The notes under the pieces were generated by a model that saw only the letters and a program-made list of their open reading frames with translations, searched no databases and was not told the origin of the DNA. From positions 62,001-126,000 of the forward strand of contig NIVC01001271.1 in assembly GCA_002269645.1 (NCBI GenBank): DNA of 64,000 bases, read 5' to 3'. The translations under genes and the position numbers were made by a program. Positions 1-11,531 of the stretch are shown piece by piece. This DNA comes from Macrostomum lignano. Taxonomy: Eukaryota. Numbering within the stretch: the first letter of the stretch is position 1; every line of letters begins with the position of its first letter.

Positions 1-3000
1 GAGCTGATGGCCTGTCGCAGCAGCCGCCAGAGGCCGGTGGATATCTACTGTCTGACCAGGGCTACGCACTTCAACAACAAGGAGCTGCGTGCGCTGTACC
101 GTGGGTTCAAGACCGAATGTCCCGAAGGTGAGTCACCTTTGATATACTTTTAATCTATACTCGTAATTGAGCGCTATAAAACTGCTGTTTTGTGATAAAG
201 GACCTGGATTCGTTCCTCAAACTAAGAGACTCTCCTCCCGGAGGTGTCCGATCTCAGAGATTCTCTCGATAAACTGGGAGACTCTCCTCCGGAGGGATCC
301 GATCTCAGAGATTCTCTCGATAAACTGGGAGACTCTCCTCCCGGAGGTGTCCGATCTCAGAGATTCTCTCGATAAACTGGGAGACTCTCCTCCCGGAGGT
401 GTCCGATCTCAGAGATTCTCTCGATAAACTGGAAGACTCTCCTCCCGGAGGTGTTCGATCTCAGAGATTCTCTCGATAAACTGGAAGACTCTCCTCCCGG
501 AAGTGTCCGATCTCAGAGATTCTCTTGATAAACTGGGAAATTCTCCTCATGGAAGTGTTCGATCTCAGAGATTCTCTCGATAAACTGGAAGACTCTCCTC
601 CCGGAAGTGTCCGATCTCAGAGATTCTCTTGATAAACTGGGAAATTCTCCTCATGGAAGTGTTCGATCTCAGAGATTCTCTCGATAAACTGGGAGACTCT
701 CCTCCCGGAGGTGTCCGATCTCAGAGATTCTCTCGATAAACTGGAAGACTCTCCTCCCGGAGGTGTTCGATCTCAGAGATTCTCTCGATAAACTGGAAGA
801 CTCTCCTTCCGGAGGTGTCCAATCTCAGCAGATTCTCGATAAACTGGGAGACTCTTCTCATGGAAATGTTTGATCTCAGAGATTCTCTCAATAAACTGGG
901 AGACTCTCCTCCCGGAAGTGTCCGATCTCAGCAGACTCTCGATAAACTGGGAGACTCTCCTCCCGGAAGTGTCCGATCTCAGCAGATTCTCTCAATAAAC
1001 TGGGATATTCTCCTTCCTGAAGTGTCCGATCTCAGATTTAGAGATTCTCGATAAACTGAGATATTCTCCTCCCGGAAGTGCCCGATCTCAGAGACTCACA
1101 TGATTTCATGATTTCATAGGGAAGTTTTTCATGCATAATAGGAGTACATAACTAATTATTCTTTCGTCAGGTGTAAATATTTCTTATTGAAGACAATAAA
1201 AGTTATAAAAAAGGAATTGAGAGTCTGTAAAGGGAGGAATTTGAGACACAACTGGCCAGCCCCAACAGGATTCAACAGCTGCAGCTTCATTAGCCAGTGA
1301 ATACAGATGCTTCTATGTTGCTCATCTACTCCTGCTTAAGCCCCAGATTCTTCAGATGTCAGATTTTCATTGTATCACAGAAATTTTCAATTCGCTCTCG
1401 CGGAAATGGAATCGAGGTTAGAAAACGGAAATGACCTGGGTGTTAACATGCTATGTGCAGGCAACCATTATAGCTGCATACAACAGGTATGCCGGAAATC
1501 ATGATGGAGAGCGGAAGCTGGGGATCGAATTCACAGCGCTGCTGTAGAATAAAGAAGCGTCAAATCATAGGGAGAATTGACGCAGTTTTGGCCGGTAAGT
1601 AAAACAGGAGCGAGCACAGGAGTCAAGGGGGAAGCTATAGGCTACTCGGCATGAGTTAATTAAGAATCCCGGCTCTCGTAAGCCAGACTCTCCCCTCTGG
1701 TCCTGGCGGCAGGATATGCGTTCAGATGGAGCAGCCGGAGAAGCTGCAACAGATATACGAGAAGAGAAAATATGGCAAGATGGGCCACTGGAGACGAAGG
1801 CCCGAGGATGACAGGGCCGCAGGGGGGTGGCGGCATCCACAGAGCTTTGCCTTCTCAAAGGGCAGCGGCTGCAGCAGCAGCACTGATCCACTCTCTCGAT
1901 CTGTGTGCCCTAGCTGCGCCAACAACAGCCCCGAGGGGTCGGGCAGGCCTGAAGCATGGGGGATCGCTTGGATTAGATAGGAGGTGCGGACAGCTGAGCG
2001 TGTTCTGTTTGAGTTGCATAAGGGGGCACCTACCTTTTCTGCTTTCTTGGTTTCAGGTCTGCTACTATCGCTGCAACTTGCTTCTAAGCGTTGATTTTAT
2101 TTCTTTGGAAAGATTTGGTGTGGAGTAAATAAGGAGAGAGAGAGAGAGACTGGATGTGACCAGAGAGGGACGCAGCGATGAGGGACAGCTCATATACCAC
2201 AGACTTGGCGATGGATATGCGGTGAAATACGATGTACGAATATCTCATAGAAAGAATTCCCCTCGAAGTTAAACCCATTTTATTTGCAAAGTACAGTACA
2301 ATAATTTGAGAATCGGCTCATTTAGCTTGATCCCACTCATGCAGCATCATTCCCTCCCAGTCCCGCTCATGCAGCATCATTCCCTCTGAGTGCCGCTCAT
2401 GCAGCATCATTCCCTCTCAGTGCCGCTCATGCAGCATCATTCCCTCTCAGTGCCGCTCATGCAGCATCATTCCCTCCCAGTCCCGCTCATGCAGCATCAT
2501 TCCCTCCCAGTCCCGCTCATGCAGCATCATTCCCTCCCAGTCCCGCTCATGCAGCATCATTCCCTCTCAGTCCCGCTCATGCAGCATCATTCCCTCCCAG
2601 TCCCGCTCATGCAGCATCATTCCCTTCCAGTCCCGCTCATGCAGCATCATTCCCTCCCAGTCCCGCTCATGCAGCATCATTCCCTCCCAGTCCCGCTCAT
2701 GCAGCATCATTCCCTCTCAGTCCCGCTCATGCAGCATCATTCCCTCTCAGTGCCGCTCATGCAGCATCATTCCCTCCCAGTCCCGCTCATGCAGCATCAT
2801 TCCCTCTCAGTCCCGCTCATGCAGCATCATTCCCTCTCAGTGCCACTCATGCAGCATCATTCCCTCCCAAAAGAAAGTTGAAAGAAACGAGCCGCGATAA
2901 AAGGATCCCGCATAATCCCCAATCCCTATAGGATCACTGTTAATGGTCTTGCGGGCTCAATCCCCTTACAGAGAGTGAGTCGCAGCAAGCGGATTGGTGA

Positions 3001-6000
3001 GCGGGTCTGAGGTTGCTGTTGAGTAGCTAAGGGATTATCGAACACAAAGCAGTTTTCCAGTCCCTGAGCAGTTTCACTAGTTTAGTTATAAAGGCGGAAA
3101 AGATGGAAGCTGAGACACACCCTAGCAGTCCGGGTGTAGCAACTCGAGTCTGTTAAGTAGGGAAAATGCGGATTTCGGGTATTTTGAAGTTGAAAATTTT
3201 AACTTGAATCGTTGAAGGCTTAAGATTCGAGCTGAAGCATTCAATAATAATGATGGACTGATTTCACCTGCCCCAATTGGGTTAGATGTGCAACCGACAG
3301 CTCAGCCGCAGCTATTGCACGGGCGCATCTGAAGACTGCGTACGGCTGTTCAGTCCAAGGACTGGGGGGGGGGTCGCCACACACACCCTCAATTACCCCA
3401 GCTAATGCTGGCACCCATTTTACAGCTGGGTGAACTGAAGCAATGCAGAGTTAAGTCTCAAGTGCTCAAGGACACAAATTGTTCCAGTAGAATCGGGAAT
3501 CGAACCCCTGACCCTTCAAGTCGTGAGTCCGACGCTCTTAACCACTAGGCTACAACCCCTGTACTGCATTTAGATTCGAAAATAAACCAAAGGCAGTGTC
3601 GGTTGTCACTTCAGGGAGCCCGACATTTGACTGGGGTCAGTTTCGGTCAGGGCTTAAGGTTAGGGTTTTGGTCAAATAACGACAGCCAAATGCCACCCAA
3701 TTAACCTGGCGGAGGGAGACTTCAGTTGCTTAAAAGATACCATTAAAACCGTAATTAATGATCTGAAAAGTGTAAAAATGATTCATGGCACAGTTAAAGG
3801 AGAATTTGCTGCGTCGAATGAAGCTTTCTAGACGTAATTGACTGCGTCATTTGAAACATATCCGAGAAATTTATAAGAGCTTGATTTTCGAATACGATTG
3901 TTGGATGGAGGGTTCTTCACTGCCTGTAGGAAAACTCATAGGACCCAATTCTTCATTAGGTCAACAGAAAACTGGGGGGGGGGTGAGCACAGAAGCCAAA
4001 CTGCAGGTGGTTGGTCTCAACGACCTGCGCAAACCTAAATGAACTCTCCATCTATGGTCGCCAAGTGTGCAGCAGATTCTATCTTAGATCCGCATGCCCG
4101 CCCCTGTGCCAATACTAAAACTGCGGCTATGCGGTTTTTTTTCTTATTTCCCATCGCCCGTGAGACTCTTCCGTGTTCAAACAAAAGCGATGGAAGCCGC
4201 CACGACCGACAAGTGAGTGAAAAAGCAAGCTATAGAGCTATACGCAGAAGTCCGCCCCAGTTTTCTTTCCCCCTGTCAACAAGAATTTGACCGGGGAACC
4301 AAGTCTACTTTTCCAGGTTTCTGGTTCTTGAAGAAGAAAGAACTGTATGCTTAGTGTCACTTTACGGTTAGTGTCTATATTTCTGCAGCTCCTGTCGGTT
4401 TAGATTAGGCATATACTGCAGGCGAAGAGTCAATTCTCAATTTCGTTTAATTGGTAAACGGTAGTCTACTGTCTGACACTGGTCGTACTTATGCGTTTAA
4501 GAGAAGTTCAAGTCAGTATCTCTGTTGCCTTTTGGGCCTGTGACTTGCAGAGTCGGTGTCTCCGATGCCTTTTGGGTGTGTGACTTGCAGAGTCGGTGTA
4601 TCCGATGCCTTTTGGGCCTGTGACTTGCAGAGTCGGTGTCTCCGATGCCTTTTGGGTGTGTGACTTGCAGAGTCGGTGTCTCCGATGCCTTTTGGGTGTG
4701 TGACTTGCAGAGTCGGTGTATCCGATGCCTTTTGGGTGTGTGACTTGCAGAGTCGGTGTCTCCGATGCCTTTTGGGTGTGTGACTTACAGAGTCGGTGTC
4801 TCCGATGCCTTTTGGGTGTGTGACTAGCAGAGTCGGTGTATCCGATGCCTTTTGGGCCTGTGACTTGCAGAGTCGGTGTCTCCGATGCCTTTTGGGTGTG
4901 TGACTTGCAGAGTCGGTGTCTCCGATGCCTTTTGGGTGTGTGACTTGCAGAGTCGGTGTCTCCGATGCCTTTTGGGTGTGTGACTTGCAGAGTCGGTGTC
5001 TCCGATGCCTTTTGGGTGTGTGACTTGCAGAGTCGGTGTCTCCGATGCCTTTTGGGTGTGTGACTTGCAGAGTCGGTGTCTCCGATGCCTTTTGGGCGTG
5101 TGACTTGCAGAGTCGGTGTCTCCGATGCCTTTTGGGTGTGTGACTTGCAGAGTCGGTGTCTCCGATGCCTTTTGGGTGTGTGACTTGCAGAGTCGGTGCC
5201 TCCGATGCCTTTTGGGTGTGTGACTTGCAGAGTCGGTGTCTCCGATGCCTCTTGGGTGTGTGACTTGCAGAGTCGGTGTATCCGATGCCTTTTGGGTGTG
5301 TGACTTGCAGAGTCGGTGTCTCCGATGCCTTTTGGGTGTGTGACTTGCAGAGTCGGTGCCTCCGATGCCTTTTGGGTGTGTGACTTGCAGAGTCGGTGTA
5401 TCCGATGCCTTTTGGGTGTGTGACTTGCAGAGTCGGTGCCTCCGATGCCTTTTGGGTGTGTGACTTGCAGAGTCGGTGCCTCCGATGCCTTTTGGGTGTG
5501 TGACTTGCAGAGTCGGTGTATCCGATGCCTTTTGGGTGTGTGACTTGCAGAGTCGGTGTCTCCGATGCCTTTTGGGTGTGTGACTTGCAGAGTCGGTGCC
5601 TCCGATGCCTTTTGGGTGTGTGTGACTTGCAGAGTCGGTGTATCTGATGCCTTTTGGGCCTGTGACTTTTAGAGTCGGTGTCTCCGATGCCTTTTGGGTG
5701 TGTGACTTGCAGAGTCGGTGTCTCCGATGCCTTTTGGGTGTGTGACTTGCAGAGTCGGTGTATCCGATGCCTTTTGGGTGTGTGACTTGCAGAGTCGGTG
5801 TCTCCGATGCCTTTTGGGTGTGTGACTTGCAGAGTCGGTGTATCCGATGCCTTTTGGGTGTGTGACTTGCAGAGTCGGTGTCTCTGATGCCTTTTGGGCG
5901 TGTGACTTGCAGAGTCGGTGTCTCCGATGCCTTTTGGGTGTGTGACTTGCAGAGTCGGTGTATCCGATGCCTTTTGGGTGTGTGACTTGCAGAGTCGGTG

Positions 6001-9000
6001 TCTCCGATGCCTTTTGGGTGTGTGACTTGCAGAGTCGGTGTATCCGATGCCTTTTGGGTGTGTGACTTGCAGAGTCGGTGTATCCGATGCCTTTTGGGTG
6101 TGTGACTTACAGAGTCGGTGTCTCTGATGCCTTTTGGGTGTGTGACTTGCAGAGTCGGTGTATCCGATGCCTTTTGGGTGTGTGACTTGCAGAGTCGGTG
6201 TCTCCGATGCCTCTTGGGTGTGTGACTTGCAGAGTCGGTGTATCCGATGCCTTTTGGGTGTGTGACTTACAGAGTCGGTGTCTCTGATGCCTTTTGGGTG
6301 TGTGACTTGCAGAGTCGGTGCCTCCGATGCCTTTTGGGTGTGTGACTTGCAGAGTCGGTGTATCCGATGCCTTTTGGGTGTGTGACTTGCAGAGTCGGTG
6401 TCTCCGATGCCTTTTGGGTGTGTGACTTGCAGAGTCGGTGCCTCCGATGCCTTTTGGGTGTGTGACTTGCAGAGTCGGTGTATCCGATGCCTTTTGGGTG
6501 TGTGACTTGCAGAGTCGGTGCCTCCGATGCCTTTTGGGTGTGTGACTTGCAGAGTCGGTGCCTCCGATGCCTTTTGGGTGTGTGACTTGCAGAGTCGGTG
6601 TATCCGATGCCTTTTGGGTGTGTGACTTGCAGAGTCGGTGTCTCCGATGCCTTTTGGGTGTGTGACTTGCAGAGTCGGTGCCTCCGATGCCTTTTGGGTG
6701 TGTGTGACTTGCAGAGTCGGTGTATCTGATGCCTTTTGGGCCTGTGACTTTTAGAGTCGGTGTCTCCGATGCCTTTTGGGTGTGTGACTTGCAGAGTCGG
6801 TGTCTCCGATGCCTTTTGGGTGTGTGACTTGCAGAGTCGGTGTATCCGATGCCTTTTGGGTGTGTGACTTGCAGAGTCGGTGTCTCCGATGCCTTTTGGG
6901 TGTGTGACTTGCAGAGTCGGTGTATCCGATGCCTTTTGGGTGTGTGACTTGCAGAGTCGGTGTCTCTGATGCCTTTTGGGCGTGTGACTTGCAGAGTCGG
7001 TGTCTCCGATGCCTTTTGGGTGTGTGACTTGCAGAGTCGGTGTATCCGATGCCTTTTGGGTGTGTGACTTGCAGAGTCGGTGTCTCCGATGCCTTTTGGG
7101 TGTGTGACTTGCAGAGTCGGTGTATCCGATGCCTTTTGGGTGTGTGACTTGCAGAGTCGGTGTATCCGATGCCTTTTGGGTGTGTGACTTACAGAGTCGG
7201 TGTCTCTGATGCCTTTTGGGTGTGTGACTTGCAGAGTCGGTGTATCCGATGCCTTTTGGGTGTGTGACTTGCAGAGTCGGTGTCTCCGATGCCTCTTGGG
7301 TGTGTGACTTGCAGAGTCGGTGTATCCGATGCCTTTTGGGTGTGTGACTTACAGAGTCGGTGTCTCTGATGCCTTTTGGGTGTGTGACTTGCAGAGTCGG
7401 TGCCTCCGATGCCTTTTGGGTGTGTGACTTGCAGAGTCGGTGTCTCCGATGCCTCTTGGGTGTGTGACTTGCAGAGTCGGTGTATCCGATGCCTTTTGGG
7501 TGTGTGACTTACAGAGTCGGTGTCTCTGATGCCTTTTGGGTGTGTGACTTGCAGAGTCGGTGCCTCCGATGCCTTTTGGGTGTGTGTGACTTGCAGAGTC
7601 GGTGTATCTGATGCCTTTTGGGCCTGTGACTTTTAGAGTCGGTGTCTCCGATGCCTCTTGGGTGTGTGACTTACAGAGTCGGTGTCTCTGATGCCTTTTG
7701 GGTGTGTGACTTTTAGAGTCGGTGTCTCCGATGCCTCTTGGGTGTGTGACTTACAGAGTCGGTGTCTCCGATGCCTTTTGGGTGTGTGACTTTTAGAGTC
7801 GGTGTATCCGATGCCTTTTGGGTGTGTGACTTGCAGAGTCGGTGTCTCCGATGCCTTTTGGGTGTGTGACTTGCAAAGTCAGTGCCTTTTGGGCCTGTGA
7901 CTTTTAGAGTCGGTGTCTCCGATGCCTCTTGGGTGTGTGACTTACAGAGTCGGTGTCTTTGATGCCTTTTGGGCCTGTGACTTTTAGAGTCGGTGTCTCC
8001 GATGCCTCTTGGGTGTGTGACTTACAGAGTCGGTGTCTCTGATGCCTTTTGGGTGTGTGACTTACAGAGTCGGTGTCTCTGATGCCTTTTGGGTGTGTGA
8101 CTTTTAGAGTCGGTGTCTCCGATGCCTTTTGGGTGTGTGACTTTTAGAGTCGGTGTCTCCGATGCCTCTTGGGTGTGTGACTTACAGAGTCGGTGTCTCC
8201 GATGCCTTTTGGGTGTGTGACTTTTAGAGTCGGTGTATCCGATGCCTTTTGGGTGTGTGACTTGCAGAGTCGGTGCCTCCGATGCCTTTTGGGTGTGTGT
8301 GACTTGCAGAGTCGGTGTATCTGATGCCTTTTGGGCCTGTGACTTTTAGAGTCGGTGTCTCCGATGCCTCTTGGGTGTGTGACTTACAGAGTCGGTGTCT
8401 CTGATGCCTTTTGGGCCTGTGACTTTTAGAGTCGGTGTCTCCGATGCCTCTTGGGTGTGTGACTTACAGAGTCGGTGTCTCCGATGCCTCTTGGGTGTGT
8501 GACTTACAGAGTCGGTGTCTCTGATGCCTTTTGGGTGTGTGTGACTTGCAGAGTCGGTGCCTCCGATGCCTTTTGGGTGTGTGTGACTTGCAGAGTCGGT
8601 GTATCTGATGCCTTTTGGGCCTGTGACTTTTAGAGTCGGTGTCTCCGATGCCTCTTGGGTGTGTGACTTACAGAGTCGGTGTCTCCGATGCCTTTTGGGT
8701 GTGTGACTTTTAGAGTCGGTGTCTCCGATGCCTCTTGGGTGTGTGACTTACAGAGTCGGTGTCTCCGATGCCTCTTGGGTGTGTGACTTACAGAGTCGGT
8801 GTCTCTGATGCCTTTTGGGTGTGTGACTTTTAGAGTCGGTGTCTCCGATGCCTCTTGGGTGTGTGACTTACAGAGTCGGTGTCTCTGATGCCTTTTGGGT
8901 GTGTGACTTACAGAGTCGGTGTCTCTGATGCCTTTTGGGTGTGTGACTTTTAGAGTCGGTGTCTCCGATGCCTCTTGGGTGTGTGACTTACAGAGTCGGT

Positions 9001-10332
9001 GTCTCCGATGCCTTTTGGGTGTGTGACTTTTAGAGTCGGTGTATCCGATGCCTTTTGGGTGTGTGACTTGCAGAGTCGGTGTCTCCGATGCCTTTTGGGT
9101 GTGTGACTTGCAAAGTCAGTGCCTTTTGGGCCTGTGACTTTTAGAGTCGGTGTCTCCGATGCCTCTTGGGTGTGTGACTTACAGAGTCGGTGTCTCTGAT
9201 GCCTTTTGGGCCTGTGACTTTTAGAGTCGGTGTCTCCGATGCCTCTTGGGTGTGTGACTTACAGAGTCGGTGTCTCTGATGCCTTTTGGGTGTGTGACTT
9301 ACAGAGTCGGTGTCTCTGATGCCTTTTGGGTGTGTGACTTTTAGAGTCGGTGTCTCCGATGCCTTTTGGGTGTGTGACTTTTAGAGTCGGTGTCTCCGAT
9401 GCCTCTTGGGTGTGTGACTTACAGAGTCGGTGTCTCCGATGCCTTTTGGGTGTGTGACTTTTAGAGTCGGTGTATCCGATGCCTTTTGGGTGTGTGACTT
9501 GCAGAGTCGGTGTCTCCGATGCCTTTTGGGTGTGTGACTTGCAGAGTCGGTGTCTCCGATGCCTTTTGGGCGTGTGACTTGCAGAGTCGGTGTATCCGAT
9601 GCCTTTTGGGTGTGTGACTTGCAGAGTCGGTGTCTCCGATGCCTTTTGGGCGTGTGACTTGCAGAGTCGGTGTCTCCGATGCCTTTTGGGCGTGTGACTT
9701 GCAGAGTCAGTGCCTCCGATGCCTTTTGATTTTCTTTCTTACTCAGTCAGTGAAAACAAATAGCTTTTTCTTGTTGAAATGCTCAATTTACTCCGGGCTG
9801 CTTTGTGCACCTTTTCATCTGTCTCATCTTGAAGAAGTGAGAGCAAGGCAGAACGTTAACCCGTGTTAAAATACATGCAGGAACCCTGCACGAGGAAGTG
9901 TTCCGGTCGATATTCGCTCAGTTCTTCCCCCAAGGCGACGCCACCGCTTATTCCCGCTTCATTTTCTCGGCCTTCGACCGGTCACGCACGGGCGCCCTGA
10001 CATTTGCCGACTTCGCCCGCGGCCTCTCAACAATCTGTCGCGGCAGCCAGAACGAGAAGCTGCGCTGGATTTTCAACATGTACGACATCAACCAGGACGG
10101 AGAGATCACCAAACGGGAGCTGAACGAAGTTTTAAACGGTATCTACGACCTACTAGGCAGGATGGTGCGCCCGCCGGTGGACGAGCTCACCGTGCTTGAG
10201 CACGCCGACGCTGCATTCGAGCGAATGGACGCCGACGGCGACGGCGTAATCTCGTTCGAAGATTTTGAGGCGTATTTTCAGCGGAATCCGCAGATGCTGC
10301 AGTGCTTGGCCTACTTTGACACGGCCATGTGA
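1..10332 (+). CDS. KCNIP: Kv channel-interacting protein (KChIP/calsenilin, neuronal calcium sensor family), probably 5'-partial. Exons 1..127 and 9881..10332, one 9.75 kb intron
   Basis: Frame 1 reads ...THFNNKELRALYRGFKTECPE-G. Donor G|GTGAGT at 127/128, acceptor ATGCAG|GA at 9880/9881. Continues G-TLHEEVFRSIFAQFFPQGDA...EKLRWIFNMYDINQDGEIT...FERMDADGDGVISFEDF, matching the KChIP core and EF-hands. AATAAA at 11261. Confidence 0.93.
224..1097. repeat. 52-bp minisatellite (~17 copies) in KChIP intron
   Basis: Unit GATCTCAGAGATTCTCTCGATAAACTGGGAGACTCTCCTCCCGGAGGTGTCC; period read directly (301 to 353). Confidence 0.95.
2333..2869. repeat. 30-bp minisatellite (~18 copies) in KChIP intron
   Basis: Unit CCAGTCCCGCTCATGCAGCATCATTCCCTC; explains the PLMQHHSLPV ORF. 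Confidence 0.95.
3243..3560 (-). mobile_element. tRNA-derived SINE with a CORE/MIR-like central domain and (ATT)n tail
   Basis: Minus strand shows A-box TAGCCTAGTGG and B-box GGTTCGATTCC, then TGTGTCCTTGAGCA...ACTTAACTCTGCATTGCTTCAGTTCACCCAGCTGTAAAATGGGT (resembles the CORE domain), ending CATCATTATTATTG. Confidence 0.8.
4530..9728. repeat. 40-bp minisatellite, ~130 copies (5.2 kb), with higher-order structure
   Basis: Unit CCGATGCCTTTTGGGTGTGTGACTTGCAGAGTCGGTGTCT; contiguous copies, no spacers. Confidence 0.97.
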
Positions 10333-10395
10333 ATAGAGACGACCCTGACGCGTTTTTACAACTGATACTGGACGCCAATCAGAGGCCTCAGGGGA

Positions 10396-11075
10396 AAGTA
10401 GTCAACCTGAGGATTGGGGAAGTGGTCAACCTGAGGATTGGGGAAGTGGTACACCTGAGGATTGGGGAAGTGGTCAACCTGAGGATTGGGGAAGTGGTCA
10501 ACCTGAGGATTGGGGAAGTGGTCAACCTGAGGAGGATTGGGGAAGTGGTCAACCTGAGGATTGGGGAAGTGGTCAACCTGAGGAGGATTGGGGAAGTGGT
10601 CAACCTGAGGATTGGGGAAGTGGTCAACCTGAGGATTGGGGAAGTGGTACACCTGAGGATTGGGGAAGTGGTACACCTGAGGATTGGGGAAGTGGTCAAC
10701 CTGAGGATTGGGGAAGTGGTACATCCGAGGATTGGGGAAGTGGTACACCTGAGGATTGGGGAAGTGGTCAACCTGAGGATTGGGGAAGTGGTCAACCTGA
10801 GGATTGGGGAAGTGGTCAACCTGAGGATTGGGGAAATGGTGCACCTGAGGAGGATTGGGGAAGTGGTCAACCTGAGGATTGGGGAAGTGGTCAACCTGAG
10901 GATTGGGGAAGTGGTTAACTTGAGGATTGGGGAAGTGGTTAACTTGAGGATTGAGGAAGTGGTTAACTTGAGGATTGGGGAAGTGGTCAACCTGAGGATT
11001 GGGGAAGTGGTTAACTTGAGGATTGGGGAAGTGGTTAACTTGAGGATTGGGGAAGTGGTCAATCTGAAGATCTGG
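10396..11075. repeat. 24-bp G-rich minisatellite (~28 copies) in the predicted KChIP 3' UTR
   Basis: Unit GAAGTGGTCAACCTGAGGATTGGG; lies between stop 10332 and AATAAA 11261. Confidence 0.93.
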
Positions 11076-11260
11076 GGAGCGATGAAGAACTACAAAGGTA
11101 ACGGCAATTAATTAACTGATATTTATCTAATTCGTTTAAAGGCAATTGACTTAGTAGTAGAAAAGTATTCAACACAGCAGAAAAACCTTTTAATCAGCAA
11201 ATTTTTGTCAACAAGTATTAATATTCTAATAATTTTTTTAACTAACAAGCACATCGCAAC

Positions 11261-11266
11261 AATAAA
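11261..11266 (+). promoter_or_regulatory. Candidate polyadenylation signal of KChIP
   Basis: AATAAA in AT-rich sequence just after the 3' UTR array. Confidence 0.5.
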
Positions 11267-11455
11267 ATATCTTATCTGCGTATGTTTATAGCAGACATTA
11301 AAATACACATTTATAGCCCCCTTGGCGTGTTTGAATTTGCTTGTATCCTTAAATTTCGGCAATAAGTCAGTCATTTAGCAACTTTGGCTGATTGTGATTA
11401 CATTAGTCATGGAAAGACAAGCTCCAATTGATGGAGTAGTTTGAAGTCATTAACT

Positions 11456-11461
11456 TTTATT
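11456..11461 (-). promoter_or_regulatory. Candidate polyadenylation signal of GPATCH1
   Basis: TTTATT on + (AATAAA on -), ~70 nt past the stop. Confidence 0.55.
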
Positions 11462-11531
11462 TGTTTACCAAACACTAGTAAGTAAAGATAATCAAATGCA
11501 TGGAAATACAAGATTATGAGTATCCAAATCT

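Noticed and set aside
1230-2280. Nested gene in the KChIP intron (ORFs 1565..2128)
   Set aside because: Short overlapping ORFs with no recognisable domain or consistent exon structure.
2390-2881. ORF (PLMQHHSL)n as a His-rich protein
   Set aside because: Read-through of a 30-bp intronic minisatellite; no unique coding flanks.
3480-3560. Functional tRNA gene
   Set aside because: A and B boxes are present, but the anticodon and acceptor stems pair poorly and the sequence runs into a SINE body.
4530-9728. CRISPR array (here and at the other regular repeats)
   Set aside because: Units are contiguous with no unique spacers, there are no cas genes, and the context is a eukaryotic intron.
10329-11111. 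260-aa (IGEVVNLR)n ORF and its antisense ORFs
   Set aside because: A 24-bp unit open in several frames; it lies in the KChIP 3' UTR.
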